A stretch of 63,439 nt of DNA, counting the filler, from Nemertoderma westbladi (taxonomy: Eukaryota > Animalia > Xenacoelomorpha), in the NCBI GenBank assembly GCA_032718475.1. It is 5 parts of 5 records of this genome, joined end to end, with 100 filler letters (N's around TTAATTAATTAA, not from the genome) between each part and the next. Parts side by side here need not be neighbours in the genome. Positions count along the whole stretch, not along the records: positions 41,166 to 53,873 come from JAUCBJ010005731.1; positions 53,974 to 63,439 come from JAUCBJ010005256.1; 3 more parts are not named here. One strand, 5' to 3'. The notes below the pieces were generated by a model, which saw nothing but the letters and a program-made list of their open reading frames with translations, searched no databases and was not told the origin of the DNA. The position numbers and the translations under genes are program-made. Within the stretch, counting starts at the first letter, position 1. Every line of letters begins with the position of its first letter. Positions 46,388 through 59,900 of the stretch are shown here, piece after piece.

Positions 46388-46854
46388 TAACAATATTTTA
46401 TTGCTATACATGTTGTTTATCTCCATTCTCTCAGTTTAAATCCCAATTATCCCTAATCCGCAGTTGGGTATGATAATATCACCTTGTTGTTATGGAAACC
46501 TGTATCAACTCCATATCACTACTAACAATGTTATATTGTTAGACATGTTATTTATCCCAAGTTTCAAACATAATTACATTAAATATACATCGGTTGCTAG
46601 GAAAAGCTCACCTTGTTGCTATGGAAACCTGTACTTGACTTCTATTGTTACACTAACCAAGTCATATAATCGTAATTTTTCTATATGGCGAGTTTCATTT
46701 ATATGAAAAAGTCACCCTGTTGCTAGGGAAGTAGTCACATATTTTGGTACACAGGTCTGATTATTCTAAATTTCTTTTTATTTATATTTTATGTGATATT
46801 TTCATGATTTTGTCCGACAATAATTAAAGATTTTGCGGTTTTTGAGCCATGAGA

Positions 46855-47397
46855 TTTTGATGGAAACTTGACAACAGACGATAATAATGGATAGAGAATA
46901 GCAAAAAAGGAAAGCAAAGGCATGGATAGCTCTATCAAAAATGGATACCATCTGGAAATCAGATCTCTCCAGGCACCTGAAGACTAAGTTCTTTCGAGCC
47001 ACAGTGGAAAGTGTATTTTTATACGGGGGTGAGACCTGGACACTGACTAAATCACTTGAGGGCAGCCCTAAACATCAGCTGGAGACAACACATGACAAAT
47101 GCCGAGCTTTATGGTACAATACCACCTGTATCAACCACCCTCCGTGAACGCAGATTAAGATTCAGTGGCAGTGGGCACTGCTGGAGAAGTAAAGACTGGG
47201 TCATACCAGATCTACTTTTCTGGCAACCAACACATGGAAAGCGTAGTCGTGGACGACCGGCCATAACATATATAGACCAGATTGAAAGGGATACTGAACT
47301 TGAGAGAAACAAAATTACGACAACTATGGAGAATCGGGAAGCCTGGGAGGATCTCATTTCCACTGTCCGAGTTCGCTCGACCTAGTAGTAGTAGTAG
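46855..47397 (+). mobile_element. RTE family B 3' fragment with small internal deletions
   Basis: Matches the reverse complement of 30018-30640. MDTIWKSDLSRHLKTKFFRATVESV...GKRSRGRP. (TAG)n tail. Confidence 0.9.
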
Positions 47398-47638
47398 ATC
47401 TTTAAGCGACCCCACTGAATTATTATTAATTAATGATCTGTACATCTAATTATTAATTACAGATTGATGGTAAATCTAATCCCTTCTCTAAACCATCGCT
47501 GAGGCGTGAAACTGCCAGATAACCCAGAATTCTGTTTAATCTACAATTATTGACGTCATGATATCAAACTTATTGAACTAAAGCATACTCAGAAATAAAT
47601 TAGTTGTAGTTTTTAGGTATTGTTTTGAATACAATTAA

Positions 47639-49159
47639 TCCTATTAGTGCCGGGCTATAAAATGTTGTACAAATACCGGGGGGGGGGGGGGGGGGGGTCA
47701 TATTGACCCCCCCCCCCCCCCCCCCCTCTAAAATCTACAAATATTTACGAAAACGTCTGATTTTTTGTTTGTACGTAGGTATCACTTGTCTGGATCCGAC
47801 CGAAAAAAAAATTTCGAAAAAATGTACTGGGGTGGTTATATTGCAGCACCAAAATTACAAGTAGTGCACCAAATTTTCACCAAATTTGAAAGTTACATTT
47901 TCGGCTAATTATTTTTCAATACAGGTTTTCTGGGGTGCAAAATACATTGGAAAATATTAAAAAATGATATGATTACTATAAATGGCTGTTTAGTCCTCAC
48001 TGCGTAGGAAAAAAATGAAAAAAACAAGTAACCAGCACTTTTCAGTTAGAACACAACATTTTTAATTCACTTATACGATGCTATAAATTCACATTTTCAG
48101 GTTTTCGAGGGTGCTGATTCTAATGGAATACATTTCTAATATGCCAGATCATTGCTACTTGTATTTTTTGGCGTAATTTGGCAAATTTTGGTGGTAGCAC
48201 CAAATTTCGTACCCATCACCAAAAAGTACAAGTTTGCGATGTCCAGCGCTGTTTTTATTGATTCCATCGGATTCAGGACCCTCATAAACCCGTATAACGC
48301 AAGAAACAAGGTGATACTATCTACTTATCAATTTGCAATGTTTTCCAAAATTTGGTGCTGGCACAACAATTTTCAGCCACCGGCGAAAAATACAAGTTTG
48401 AGAACTCTTATGAAATTTTTACTGATTCCATTGAATTCAGAACCATCACAAACCCGTATCACGCAAGAAACAAGGTGACACAATCAATTGATATATTTGA
48501 TGGTTTTCAAAATTTGGTGCTAGCACCACATTTTGCACCCACATCCAAAAAATACAAGTTTGAGATGTCTAGTTCGATAATTATATTTTCATTTGAATTC
48601 AGAACAGCCATAAACCTCTAAAACGCAAGAAATAAATTGTCACAAGCAATTTTATCTATTGAATGGATTTTCAAAACTTCGTGCTAGCACCAAAATTTGC
48701 ACACAGCAACGAAAAATACAAGTTTGATACGCTTGGTGCAACTCGTATATATTTCATCGAATCCAGAAACCCAAAAAACCCCAATTGCGAAAAAAACAAG
48801 TTTCAAACTTATTTCAAAATTTGGTGCTGGCACCAAAATTTGGCACCCACCGAAAAAAACAAGTTTGAAATTTCTAAATCCATTTATATGAATTCCATCA
48901 AATTTCTAACACCAAAAAACCGGTGTAAATCAAAAATAGAGATGTTACAATTCATATTTATTGAAATGTAATTTTCAGAAAACGTCTCAAAAAAAGTGCC
49001 AAAAGTAGGGTTAAAAAATGGTGCTATAACTCGAAAGTACCCAATATTTTTGAAAACGGTTTTCACTACTAGGAAGACAATAGATTTTTAGGAAAAGTCA
49101 TAAAATTTCAGATTCCCATCTACGTTTGTTTCAGAATTATAATAATAGGGTTAATAGGG
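47639..49159. mobile_element. piggyBac-like non-autonomous DNA element with an internal ~150-170-bp repeat array
   Basis: TTAA|TCCTATTA at the left end and TAATAGGG|TTAA at the right end (right end duplicated, 49143-49163). Subterminal Gn-TCATATTGA-Cn palindrome. Repeated TTGGTGCTAGCACCAA units at 48185-48850. Confidence 0.65.
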
Positions 49160-49579
49160 TTAAAAGGTGTACACAAAAAATATTGAAATATACAATTAAT
49201 AACTTCAATTAATTTGTCCATTATTGATATAGTTGTTACATATTAAATGTGGGAAAATTACAAAGAATGTGTGTGCATCGAATAATCAAACTTCTATAAT
49301 ATATGGCCGGAGCCAAGTAAATAATAATATATTTTATAGGTGTAAATGTGGTACACCATTGTTGATATTGTGTTATTCGTTGTTTATTTTTCCTATATTG
49401 TTTACATATATTTGGAAAAAAATTTCAAGTTTTCAAATTCAAAAATTTAGGCGCCTGCAGCCATTAGCTAAGCTCCTCCACCTGATGTTTTTCCATTTTA
49501 CAATTTTACTTTAAGAGTGAATAAAAGAGGAGTAAAATCATGTACATTCATGTACAGAACTCCTATATTTCTATATGGC

Positions 49580-49941
49580 GCTTGTGACCACTGGGGCCAT
49601 TATGTGTCCACAGCTTTCCAGTTCGCTTCTTGAACAGGGTCCCAGCCGAGAACAATCCATTTCCAGATTTGAAGTCCTGAAAATGGACTGCAATTCGGTT
49701 GACACTATCACCGTAGGCTCATGGCGATGTTGAGGAGTGATGCTCCCCATCGTATCAATAAGGCATTAAAGTCACCCATGAAAGATAATAATGCATCCTG
49801 ATCCACTCCATCAGTTGCTGGTTATATATTGTGGTAGACATTTCCCATCTCCTCTATTGGACTGGGGCAACACTAGTTAAGGAATAGCACACAATCCGAA
49901 CCTCGTTAGGTAACTTATTAGCCAGTCTTCCAGAACATGAG
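49580..49941 (-). mobile_element. Divergent RTE endonuclease fragment
   Basis: Reverse complement is homologous to family-A 39449-39800 (GDFNA, FKKRTGKLWTHNGPSGHK). Confidence 0.85.
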
Positions 49942-49950
49942 AACGGAGAA

Positions 49951-50629
49951 CAGGAGACACACTTGCGCCATTCTGATTCCGATTCATAATTGTGGTTGAC
50001 TATGTTCTATGCATGTCCTTAGATCATCATTATGATGATGGGGTGATGGTAACTCCACCTTCTGGCTCCAGAAGTCGAGGAAATCCTGCCAAGTACCTAA
50101 CTGATCTAAACTTTGCTGATGACTTAAAAGTACTCTCAGAATCACTAGAGGGAGTCCAACGGCTCCTCAGCTCATTAGAACAGGCTGCTTTTAGTGTTGG
50201 TCTTTTTATTAAATCCAAAAAGACCAAAATTTTGTCAGTTAACTTTGAAAGTCCTCAGCAAGTCTCTGACCGGATAAGCATAAGCTCAAAGGATGGTATG
50301 CTTTACCATGCGGACGACTTCTGTTACCTGGGATCATGGATCCGGAAGTCAGGTGAGGACCTTCGAATACTTAAGGGAAAGGCATAGGCAGCCTTGAATA
50401 GGCTTTCCAGGATTTGGAAGTCACAGAGAATTAATCGGAAACTTAAGGTCCGGTTATTTAGAGCAGCAGTAGTTCCAGTACTCCTCTATGGGAGTCCATG
50501 CTGGGCTCTAACTGCTGAGGACACCAAATCTTTGGATGGCACATTCACAAGAATGCTACTCTGGCTTCATTGTATCAAGTACAATGCACACATCTCCAAC
50601 CAGACACTATATAACATTTGAGGTGTCTC
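49951..50629 (+). mobile_element. RTE family A RT C-terminal fragment (older copy)
   Basis: GDTLAPF*, DLNFADD and FCYLGSWI, with in-frame stops. Ends abruptly at GGTGTCTCA. Confidence 0.9.
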
Positions 50630-52911
50630 ACACTTCGACCCTTCTCCAGTGATCACCGCCTTATTGTGGCCAAGGTAAGACTAAGTCTGCGTGCTAGCAG
50701 AACAACGAAATCTGCCTTGCCGCGGCATGACTGGTCCTCTCTGTTGCAACAGCCAAGTGTGAGATCCAGCTTTACACTACAGCTGAGCAACAGGTATGAG
50801 GCTCTTGCCTCTGAGGTGGCAGATCACTGTGAGGGCTATACTGCCTTTACAGAAGCAGTTAAGTTAGCAGCTGCAGAAACAGTTCCTGTATACCCTCGAA
50901 ACAGGAAAAGGGCCCCCTGGACTGACAACAAAATTCAGAAGTGCCGAAATGACCTTCATAAGGCGCAGAAAGAGTCCCGACTCAAACAGACTACAGCGGC
51001 CAAGAATGCAGTTAAGGCTGCATCTAGGTCCCTGAACAGGCAGTACTCTGTTAATCTACAGGAGCTAATAAACCAACAGGTTGATGCCATCAATGATGCT
51101 GACGACAGCAGGCAATCATCCCAGGCATGGAAATCAATCAATCTGCTTACTGGGCGGAAAAGCCAACCAACCACCAAGGTTAAGGCTGAATCACCAACCG
51201 ATCGCCTCAATGGTTGGAAAGCCCACTTTGAAAAGCTCCTCAATAATGACAGGGTGTTGCCTGATAACTTTATAGAAGTAAAAGTGTCTGAGTCTGTACT
51301 CCCAGATATTGCCTTTGGCGATATCTCCTTTGCAGAAGTGAAGGCTGCTGCAAAGAGCATTAAGACCAATCGTGCCAGTGGAGTAGATGGTGTTCCCCCT
51401 GAGGTTTTTAAAATACCTGAGTGTTTAAAGCTCATCTATCCCATCATAGTAGACATGTACCGAACAACAAGAGTCCCACAAGAAATGAAAACAAATAAGT
51501 TGGTGCCAGTTCCCAAGAAGGGCAACCTGACACTCTATGGTTCTTTTCGGGGAATCTCATTGATCTCGATTGCTGCAAAGCTATACAATAGGATTCTATT
51601 AAAGCGCATCAGGGATCCCATTGAGAGACTGCTCCGTGGAAATCAGAATGGGTTCCGTAAAGGTCGTGGGACCATGGAGCCCATTTTGGCACTTAGAAGG
51701 ATAATTGAAGAATTATCAAAAAAGAAAGACAGGCATCTGGCTGTTATCTTTGTTGACTTCTTCAAGGCCTTTGATTCAGTCTCTCGCTCACGTATGTTCA
51801 GCATACTTTCATTATATGGGATTCCTGATGAAATTATTGCAGCAATCAGATCAGTATACGATGGTTCGACAACATTTGTGTCTACTGTTGACGGTGACAC
51901 AGAACCATTTGAAGTGTTATGGGGCGTCCTCCAAGGAGACACACTTGCACCATTCTTGTTCATTATTGTGGTTGACTATGTTCTACGCATGTCCTTAGAT
52001 CATCATAATGATGATGGGGTGATGATAACTCCACCTACTGGCTCCAGAAGTCGAGGAAATCCTGCCAAGTACCTAAATGATCTAGACTTTGCTGATGACT
52101 TTGGAGTACTCTCAGAATCACTAGAAGGAGCCCAACGGCTCCTCAGCTCATTAGAACATGCTGCTTCTAGTGTTGGTCTTTTTATTAACTCCAGGAAGAC
52201 CAAAATGTTGACAGTTAACTTTGAAAGTTCTCAGCAAGTCTCTGATCGAAAGAGCATAAGCTCAAAGGATGGTATGCTTGAACATGTGGACGACTTCTGT
52301 TACCTGGGATCATGGATCCGGAAGTCATGTGAGGACCTTCGAATACGTAAGGGAAAGGCATGGGCAGCCTTGAATAGGCTTTCCAGGATTTGGAAGTCAC
52401 CGAGAATTAATCGGAAACTTAAGGTCCGATTATTTAGAGCAGCAGTAGTTCCAGTACACCTCTATGGGAGTCCATGATGGGCTCTAACTGCTGAGGACAC
52501 CAAATCTCTGGATGGCACATTCACAAGAATGCTACGCCGGGTTCATTGTGTCAAGTACAATGCACACATCTCCAACCAGACACTATATAACATTGGAGGT
52601 GTCTCATTGGTTCCCCCAAGCTTGACACTAGAACAAAATCGCCTCCACTTTGCAGGACATTGCTTTCGCCGTGAGGACCAGCCAGTGCATAATCTTGTAC
52701 TTTGGCAGACTCATGGTGTGAATAAGCATGGTGGACAGCCCATGACTTTCTTGAGACGCATCTTAAAGGACACTGGTCTTGAAGATGCGGATGATATAGA
52801 AAATGTCATGGGTGATAGGGAGTTGTGGCGGCGCAATTTTGTCGACAAGCCGGCCCAGCATTCTTAAAAATGCAGCTGCAATGCAGCATGCTGATACTAG
52901 TAGTAGTAGTA
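50630..52911 (+). mobile_element. RTE family A, 5'-truncated and 3'-complete copy
   Basis: ORF 50618-52477 plus 52529-52867, with a single premature TGA at 52475. Short 3' UTR and (TAG)n tail at 52898-52910. Confidence 0.95.
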
Positions 52912-53300
52912 CAGTATACAGTACAATCTACCGTACTCTATTAAAAGCGTATGGGAAGAACAGCGTAGCCGGGCTATAAGTCTACGTAAGGTTACATGCC
53001 CACTCAACATATTTAAATATGGCTCCGTTGCATACAACTTCTTAAAATAAAGCGCACCTTTCGGAGACGAGTGTTTTGCAGACCACCAGATTTGAATATA
53101 CTGCGAACATAGTAGTTCATTCTGTTCATTTACCTCTTTAAGAAATTGGCCGTTACACTGCACAGCTTGAAGGTTCTAAACCCAACATAGGCCGATCGAA
53201 TTAAGAGTGTCTCGCACTTGAGATGCCCAGTTTTTAGAATTTTGGATAAGTACAGTATATCCGACAGCTGCATATGATTTTGCTATTCTCCTGTGTAGGG
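52912..53300 (-). pseudogene. C-terminal fragment of a different non-LTR ORF
   Basis: EPYLNML...RRLIARLRCSSHTLLIEYGR, a HxLxIExGR motif typical of non-LTR ORF2 C-termini. Confidence 0.65.
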
Positions 53301-53873
53301 TGGTTGGGGTATGGGGTGGTTAATATCTCAAAATAATGGTGAATAAATATTATCTTAGCTAACTACTGGTATGTGAACGTACATTTATTTTATACGTATC
53401 TGTTTTAATGCGTCATTAAATAAACTTCAAACTTCAGTATACAAGAATGCTACGTCAGGTTCATAGTACTTTACCTACAGTACCTATAGTACAGCATTGG
53501 ATGTGTCTCATTAGTGCGATACAGTCAAGCTTGACACTTGATCAGCGCCGGTTTCTCTGCTTTGCAGGACATTATAGCATTTCCGTGAGGACCAGCCAGT
53601 GCATGCCCTCATGCTACGGTAAGACTGCAGGTATCCTACCCCCCCCCCCCCCCCCCCCACCCCCGTCTTCAGCCAATAAACTGATAATTAATTAATAGCA
53701 GTTCACTGACTCATGCTGTCATGCCTTGTTCCTTTTGATGCTAATCAGGCATGTTAAACCATATGGTAAATCATACCCCCTGACTCAGCAGTATTCAATC
53801 GTCAAATGTGATCATCCTATCAGAGCTACTGACTTAGTATTTATAGGCTCAGCCAGAAATTTTTTTGAACACC

Positions 53874-53973
53874 NNNNNNNNNNNNNNNNNNNNNNNNNNN
53901 NNNNNNNNNNNNNNNNNTTAATTAATTAANNNNNNNNNNNNNNNNNNNNNNNNNNNNNNNNNNNNNNNNNNNN
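53874..53973. other. Assembly gap linker
   Basis: N44-TTAATTAATTAA-N44. Confidence 0.98.
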
Positions 53974-56900
53974 AATGGGTCCTGGTGCCACTGGTTGAAT
54001 GGGTCCGGGTGCCGCTGGTTGAAAGAGTCTGGGTGCCGCTGGTTGAATGGGTCCTGGTGCCACTGGTTGAATGGGTCCGGGTGCCACTGGTTGAATGGGT
54101 CCGGGTGCCGCTGGTTGAATGGGTCCTGGTGCCACTGGTTGAATGGGTCCGGGTGCCACTGGTTGAATGGGTCCGGGTGCCGCTGGTTGAATGGGTCCGG
54201 GTGCCGCTGGTTGAAATAGTCCGGGTGCCGCTGGTTGAATTGGTCTGGGTGCCATTGGTTGAAATAGTCCGGGTGCCACTGGTTGAATGGGTCCGGGTGC
54301 CACTGGTTGAATGGGTCTGGGTGCCGCTGGTTGAATGGGTCCGGGTGCCGCTGGTTGAAAGAGTCCGGGTGCCACTGGTTGAATGGGTCCGGGTGCCGCT
54401 GGTTGAATGGGTCCGGGTGCCACTGGTTGAATGGGTCCGGGTGCCACTGGTTGAATGGGTCCGGGTGCCGCTGGTTGAAAGAGTCTGGGTGCCACTGGTT
54501 GAATGGGTCCGGGTGCCACTGGTTGAATGGGTCTGGGTACCACTGGTTGAATGGGTCTGGGAGCCGCTGGTTGAATGGGTCCGGGTGCCGCTGGTTGAAA
54601 GAGTCTGGGTGCCGCTGGTTGAATGGGTCCGGGTGCCACTGGTTGAATGGGTCCGGGTGCCACTGGTTGAATGGGTCCTGGGTGCCGCTGGTTGAATGGG
54701 TCCGGGTGCCGCTGGTTGAAAGAGTCCGGGTGCCACTGGTTGAATGGGTCCGGGTGCCACTGGTTGAATGGGTCCGGGTGCCGCTGGTTGAAAGAGTCTG
54801 GGTGCCACTGGTTGAATGGGTCCGGGTACCGCTGGTTGAATGGGTCTGGGTGCTGCTGGTTGAAAGAGTCCGGGTGCCACTGGTTGAATGGGTCTGGGTG
54901 CCACTGGTTGAATGGGTCCGGGTGCCGCTGGTTGAATGGGTCCTGGTGCCGCTGGTTGAAAGAGTCCGGGTGCCACTGGTTGAATGGGTCCGGGTGCCAC
55001 TGGTTGAATGGGTCCGGGTGCCGCTGGTTGAATGGGTCTGGGTGCTGCTGGTTGAAATAGTCCGGGTGCCACTGGTTGAATGGGTCCGGGTGCCGCTGGT
55101 TGAATGGGTCCTGGTGCCGCTGGTTGAATGGGTCCGGGTGCCGCTGGTTGAAAGAGTCCGGGTGCCACTGGTTGAATGGGTCCTGGTGCCGCTGGTTGAA
55201 TGGGTCCTGGTGCCGCTGGTTGAATGGGTCCTGGTGCCGCTGGTTGAAAGAGTCCGGGTGCCGCTGGTTGAATGGGTCCTGGTGCCGCTGGTTGAAAGAG
55301 TCCGGGTGCCACTGGTTGAATGGGTCCGGGTGCCACTGGTTGAATGGGTCCGGGTGCCGCTGGTTAAATGGGTCCTGGTGCTCGCTGGTTGAAAGAGTCC
55401 GGGTGCCACTGGTTGAATGGGTCCGGGTGCCACTGGTTGAATGGGTCCTAGTGCCACTGGTTGAATGGGTCCTGGTGCCACTGGTTGAATGGGTCCGGGT
55501 GCCACTGGTTGAATGGGTCCGGGTGCCGCTGGTTGAATGGGTCCTGGTGCCACTGGTTGAATGGGTCCGGGTGCCACTGGTTGAATGGGTCCGGGTGCCG
55601 CTGGTTGAATGGGTCCGGGTGCTGCTGGTTGAAATAGTCCGGGTGCCGCTGGTTGAATTGGTCTGGGTGCCATTGGTTGAAATAGTCCGGGTGCCACTGG
55701 TTGAATGGGTCCGGGTGCCACTGGTTGAATGGGTCTGGGTGCCACTGGTTGAATGGGTCCGGGTGCCGCTGGTTGAAAGAGTCTGGGTGCCACTGGTTGA
55801 ATGGGTCCGGGTGCCGCTGGTTGAATGGGTCTGGGTGCCACTGGTTGAATGGGTCCGGGTGCCGCTGGTTGAAAGAGTCTGGGTGCCACTGGTTGAATGG
55901 GTCCGGGTGCCACTGGTTGAATGGGTCTGGGTACCACTGGTTGAATGGGTCTGGGAGCCACTGGTTGAATGGGTCCGGGTGCCGCTGGTTGAAAGAGTCT
56001 GGGTGCCACTGGTTGAATGGGTCCGGGTGCCACTGGTTGAATGGGTCCGGGTGCCACTGGTTAAATGGGTCTGGGTGCCACTGGTTGAATGGGTCCGGGT
56101 GCCACAGGTTGAATGGGTCCTGGTGCCGCTGGTTGAATGGGTCCTGGTGCCGCTGGTTGAAAGAGTCCGGGTGCCACTGGTTGAATGGGTCCTGGTGCCG
56201 CTGGTTGAATGGGTCCTGGTGCCGCTGGTTGAATGGGTCCTGGTGCCGCTGGTTGAAAGAGTCCGGGTGCCGCTGGTTGAATGGGTCCTGGTGCCGCTGG
56301 TTGAAAGAGTCCGGGTGCCACTGGTTGAATGGGTCCGGGTGCCACTGGTTGAATGGGTCCTGGTGCCGCTGGTTGAATGGGTCCTGGTGCCGCTGGTTGA
56401 AAGAGTCCAGGTGCCACTGGTTGAATGGGTCCTGGTGCCGCTGGTTGAAAGAGTCCGGGTACCGCTGGTTGAATAGGTCCGGGTGTCGCTGGTTGAATGG
56501 GTCCGGGTGCCGCTGGTTGAATGGGTCCGGGTTCCGCTGGTTGAATGGGTCCTGGTGCCGCTGGTTGAATGGGTCCTGGTGCCACTGGTTGAATGGGTCT
56601 GGGTGCCGCTGGTTGAATGGGTCCGGATGCCGCTGGTTGAAAGAGTCTGGGTGCCGCTGGTTGAATGGGTCCTGGTGCCGCTGGTTGAATGGGTCCTGGT
56701 GCCGCTGGTTGAATGGGTCCTGGTGCCGCTGGTTGAAAGAGTCCGGGTGCCACTGGTTGAATGGGTCCTGGTGCCGCTGGTTGAAAGAGTCCGGGTACCG
56801 CTGGTTGAATGGGTCCGGGTGCCGCTGGTTGAATGGGTCCGGGTGCCACTGGTTGAATGGGTCCGGGTGCCACTGGTTGAATGGGTCCTGACTCCTGGTG

Positions 56901-59900
56901 CCGCTGGTTGAAAGTGTCCGGGTGCCACAGGTTGAATGGGTCCGGGTGCCGCCGGTTGAATGGGTCCGGGTGCCGCTGGTTGAAAGAGTCTGGGTGCCAC
57001 AGGTTGAAAGTATCCGGGTGCCAGAGGTTGAATGGGTCCGGGTGTCGCTGGTTGAATGGGTCTGGGTGCCGCTGGTTGCATGGGTCTGGGTGCCGCTGGT
57101 TGAACGGGTCCGGGTACCGCTGGTTCAAAGAGTCTGGGTCACTGGTTGAAAGTGTCCGGGTGCCACAGATCGAATGGGTCCGGGTGCCGCTGGTAGAATG
57201 GCTCTGGGTGCCGCTGGTTGAATGGGTCCTGGTGCCGCTGGTTGAAAGTGTCTGGGTGCCACAGGTTGAATGGGTCCTGGTGCCGCTGGTTGAAAGTGTC
57301 CGCGTGCCACAGGTTGAATGGGTCCGGGTGCCGCTGGTTGAATGGGTCCGGGTGCCGCTGGTTGAAAGAGTCGGTGCCACTGGTTGAATGGGTCCGGGTG
57401 CCGCTGGTTGAAAGAGTCCGGGTGCCACTAGTTGAAAGTGTCCGGGTGCCACAGGTTGAATGGGTCTGTTGCCGCTGGTTGAATGGGTCTGGTTGCCGCT
57501 GGTTGAATGGGTCTGGGTGCCACTGGTTGAATGGGTCCAGGTGCCGCTGGTTGAATGGGTCTGGGTGCCGCTGGTTGAATGGGTTCGGGTGCCGCTGGTT
57601 GAATGGGTCCTGGTGCCGCTGGTTGAAAGTGTCCGGGTGCCACAGGTTGAATGGGTCCGCGTGCCGCAGGTTGAATGGGTCCGGGTGCCGCTGGTTGAAA
57701 GAGTCTGGGTGCCACTGGTTGAATGGGTCCGGGTGCCGCTGGTTGAAAGAGTCCGGGTGCTACTGGTTGAAAGTATCCGGGTGCCACAGGTTGAATGGGT
57801 CCAGGTGCCGCTGGGTGAATGGGTTCTGGTGCCGCTGGTTGAATGGCTCCTGGTGCCACAGGTTGAATGGGTCCGGGTACCGCTGGTTGAAAGAGTCTGG
57901 GTGCCACTGGTTGAAAGTGTCCAGGTGCCACAGGTTGAATGGGTCCGGGTGCCGCTGGTTGAAAGTGTCCGGGTACCGCTGGTTGATTGGGTCCGGGTGC
58001 CACAGGTTGAATGTGTCCGGGTGCCGCTGGTTGAAAGTGTCCGGGTGCCACAGGTTGAATTGAATGGGTCCGGGTGCCACAGGTTGAATGAGTCCGGGTG
58101 CCACTGGTTAAATGGGTCTGGGTGCCACTGGTTGAATGGGTCCGGGTGCCACAGGTTGAATGGGTCCTGGTGCCGCTGGTTGAATGGGTCCTTGTGCCGC
58201 TGGTTGAAAGAGTCCGGGTGCCACTGGTTGAATGGGTCTTGGTGCCGCTGGTTGAATGGGTCCTGGTGCCGCTGGTTGAATGGGTCCTGGTGCCGCTGGT
58301 TGAAAGAGTCCGGGTGCCGCTGATTGAATGGGTCCTGGTGCCGCTGGTTGAAAGAGTCCGGGTGCCACTTGTTGAATGGGTCCAGGTGCCACAGGTTGAA
58401 TGGGTCCTGGTGCCGCTGGTTAAATGGGTCCTGGTGTCGCTGGTTGAAAGAGTCCGGATGCCACTGGTTGAATGGGTCCGGGTGCCACTGGTTGAATGGG
58501 TCCTGGTGCCGCTGGTTGAATGGGTCCTGGTGCCGCTGGTTGAAAGAGTCCAGGTGCCACTGGTTGAATGGGTCCTGGTGCCGCTGGTTGAAAGAGTCCG
58601 GGTACCGCTGGTTGAATAGGTCCGGGTGTCGCTGGTTGAATGGGTCCGGGTGCCGCTGGTTGAATGGGTCCGGGTGCCGCTGGTTGAATGGGTCCTGGTG
58701 CCGCTGGTTGAATGGGTCCTGGTGCCACTGGTTGAATGGGTCTGGGTGCCGCTGGTTGAATGGGTCCGGATGCCGCTGGTTGAAAGAGTCTGGGTGCCGC
58801 TGGTTGAATGGGTCCTGGTGCCGCTGGTTGAATGGGTCCTGGTGCCGCTGGTTGAATGGGTCCTGGTGCCGCTGGTTGAAAGAGTCCGGGTGCCACTGGT
58901 TGAATGGGTCCTGGTGCCGCTGGTTGAAAGAGTCCGCGTACTGCTGGTTGAATGGGTCCGGGTGCCGCTGGTTGAATGGGTCCGGGTGCCACTGGTTGAA
59001 TGGGTCCGGGTGCCACTGGTTGAATGGGTCCTGACTCCTGGTGCCGCTGGTTGAAAGTGTCCGGGTGCCACAGGTTGAATGGGTCCGGGTGCCGCCGGTT
59101 GAATGGGTCCGGGTGCCGCTGGTTGAAAGAGTCTGGGTGCCACTGGTTGAAAGTATCCGGGTGCCACAGGTTGAATGGGTCCGGGTGTCGCTGGTTGAAT
59201 GGGTCTGGGTGCCGCTGGTTGCATGGGTCTGGGTGCCGCTGGTTGAACGGGTCCGGGTACCGCTGGTTCAAAGAGTCTGGGTCACTGGTTGAAAGTGTCC
59301 GGGTGCCACAGATCGAATGGGTCCGGGTGCCGCTGGTAGAATGGCTCTGGGTGCCGCTGGTTGAATGGGTCCTGGTGCCGCTGGTTGAAAGTGTCTGGGT
59401 GCCACAGGTTGAATGGGTCCTGGTGCCGCTGGTTGAAAGTGTCCGGGTGCCACAGGTTGAATGGGTCCGGGTGCCGCTGGTTGAATGGGTCCGGGTGCCG
59501 CTGGTTGAAAGAGTCTGAGTGCCACTGGTTGAATGGGTCCGGGTGCCGCTGGTTGAAAGAGTCCGGGTGCCACTAGTTGAAAGTGTCCGGGTGCCACAGG
59601 TTGAATGGGTCTGGTTGCCGCTGGTTGAATGGGTCTGGGTGCCACTGGTTGAATGGGTCCAGGTGCCGCTGGTTGAATGGGTCTGGGTGCCGCTGGTTGA
59701 ATGGGTTCGGGTGCCGCTGGTTGAATGGGTCCTGGTGCCGCTGGTTGAAAGTGTCCGGGTGCCACAGGTTGAATGGGTCCGCGTGCCGCAGGTTGAATGG
59801 GTCCGGGTGCCGCTGGTTGAAAGAGTCTGGGTGCCACTGGTTGAATGGGTCCGGGTGCCGCTGGTTGAAAGAGTCCGGGTGCTACTGGTTGAAAGTATCC

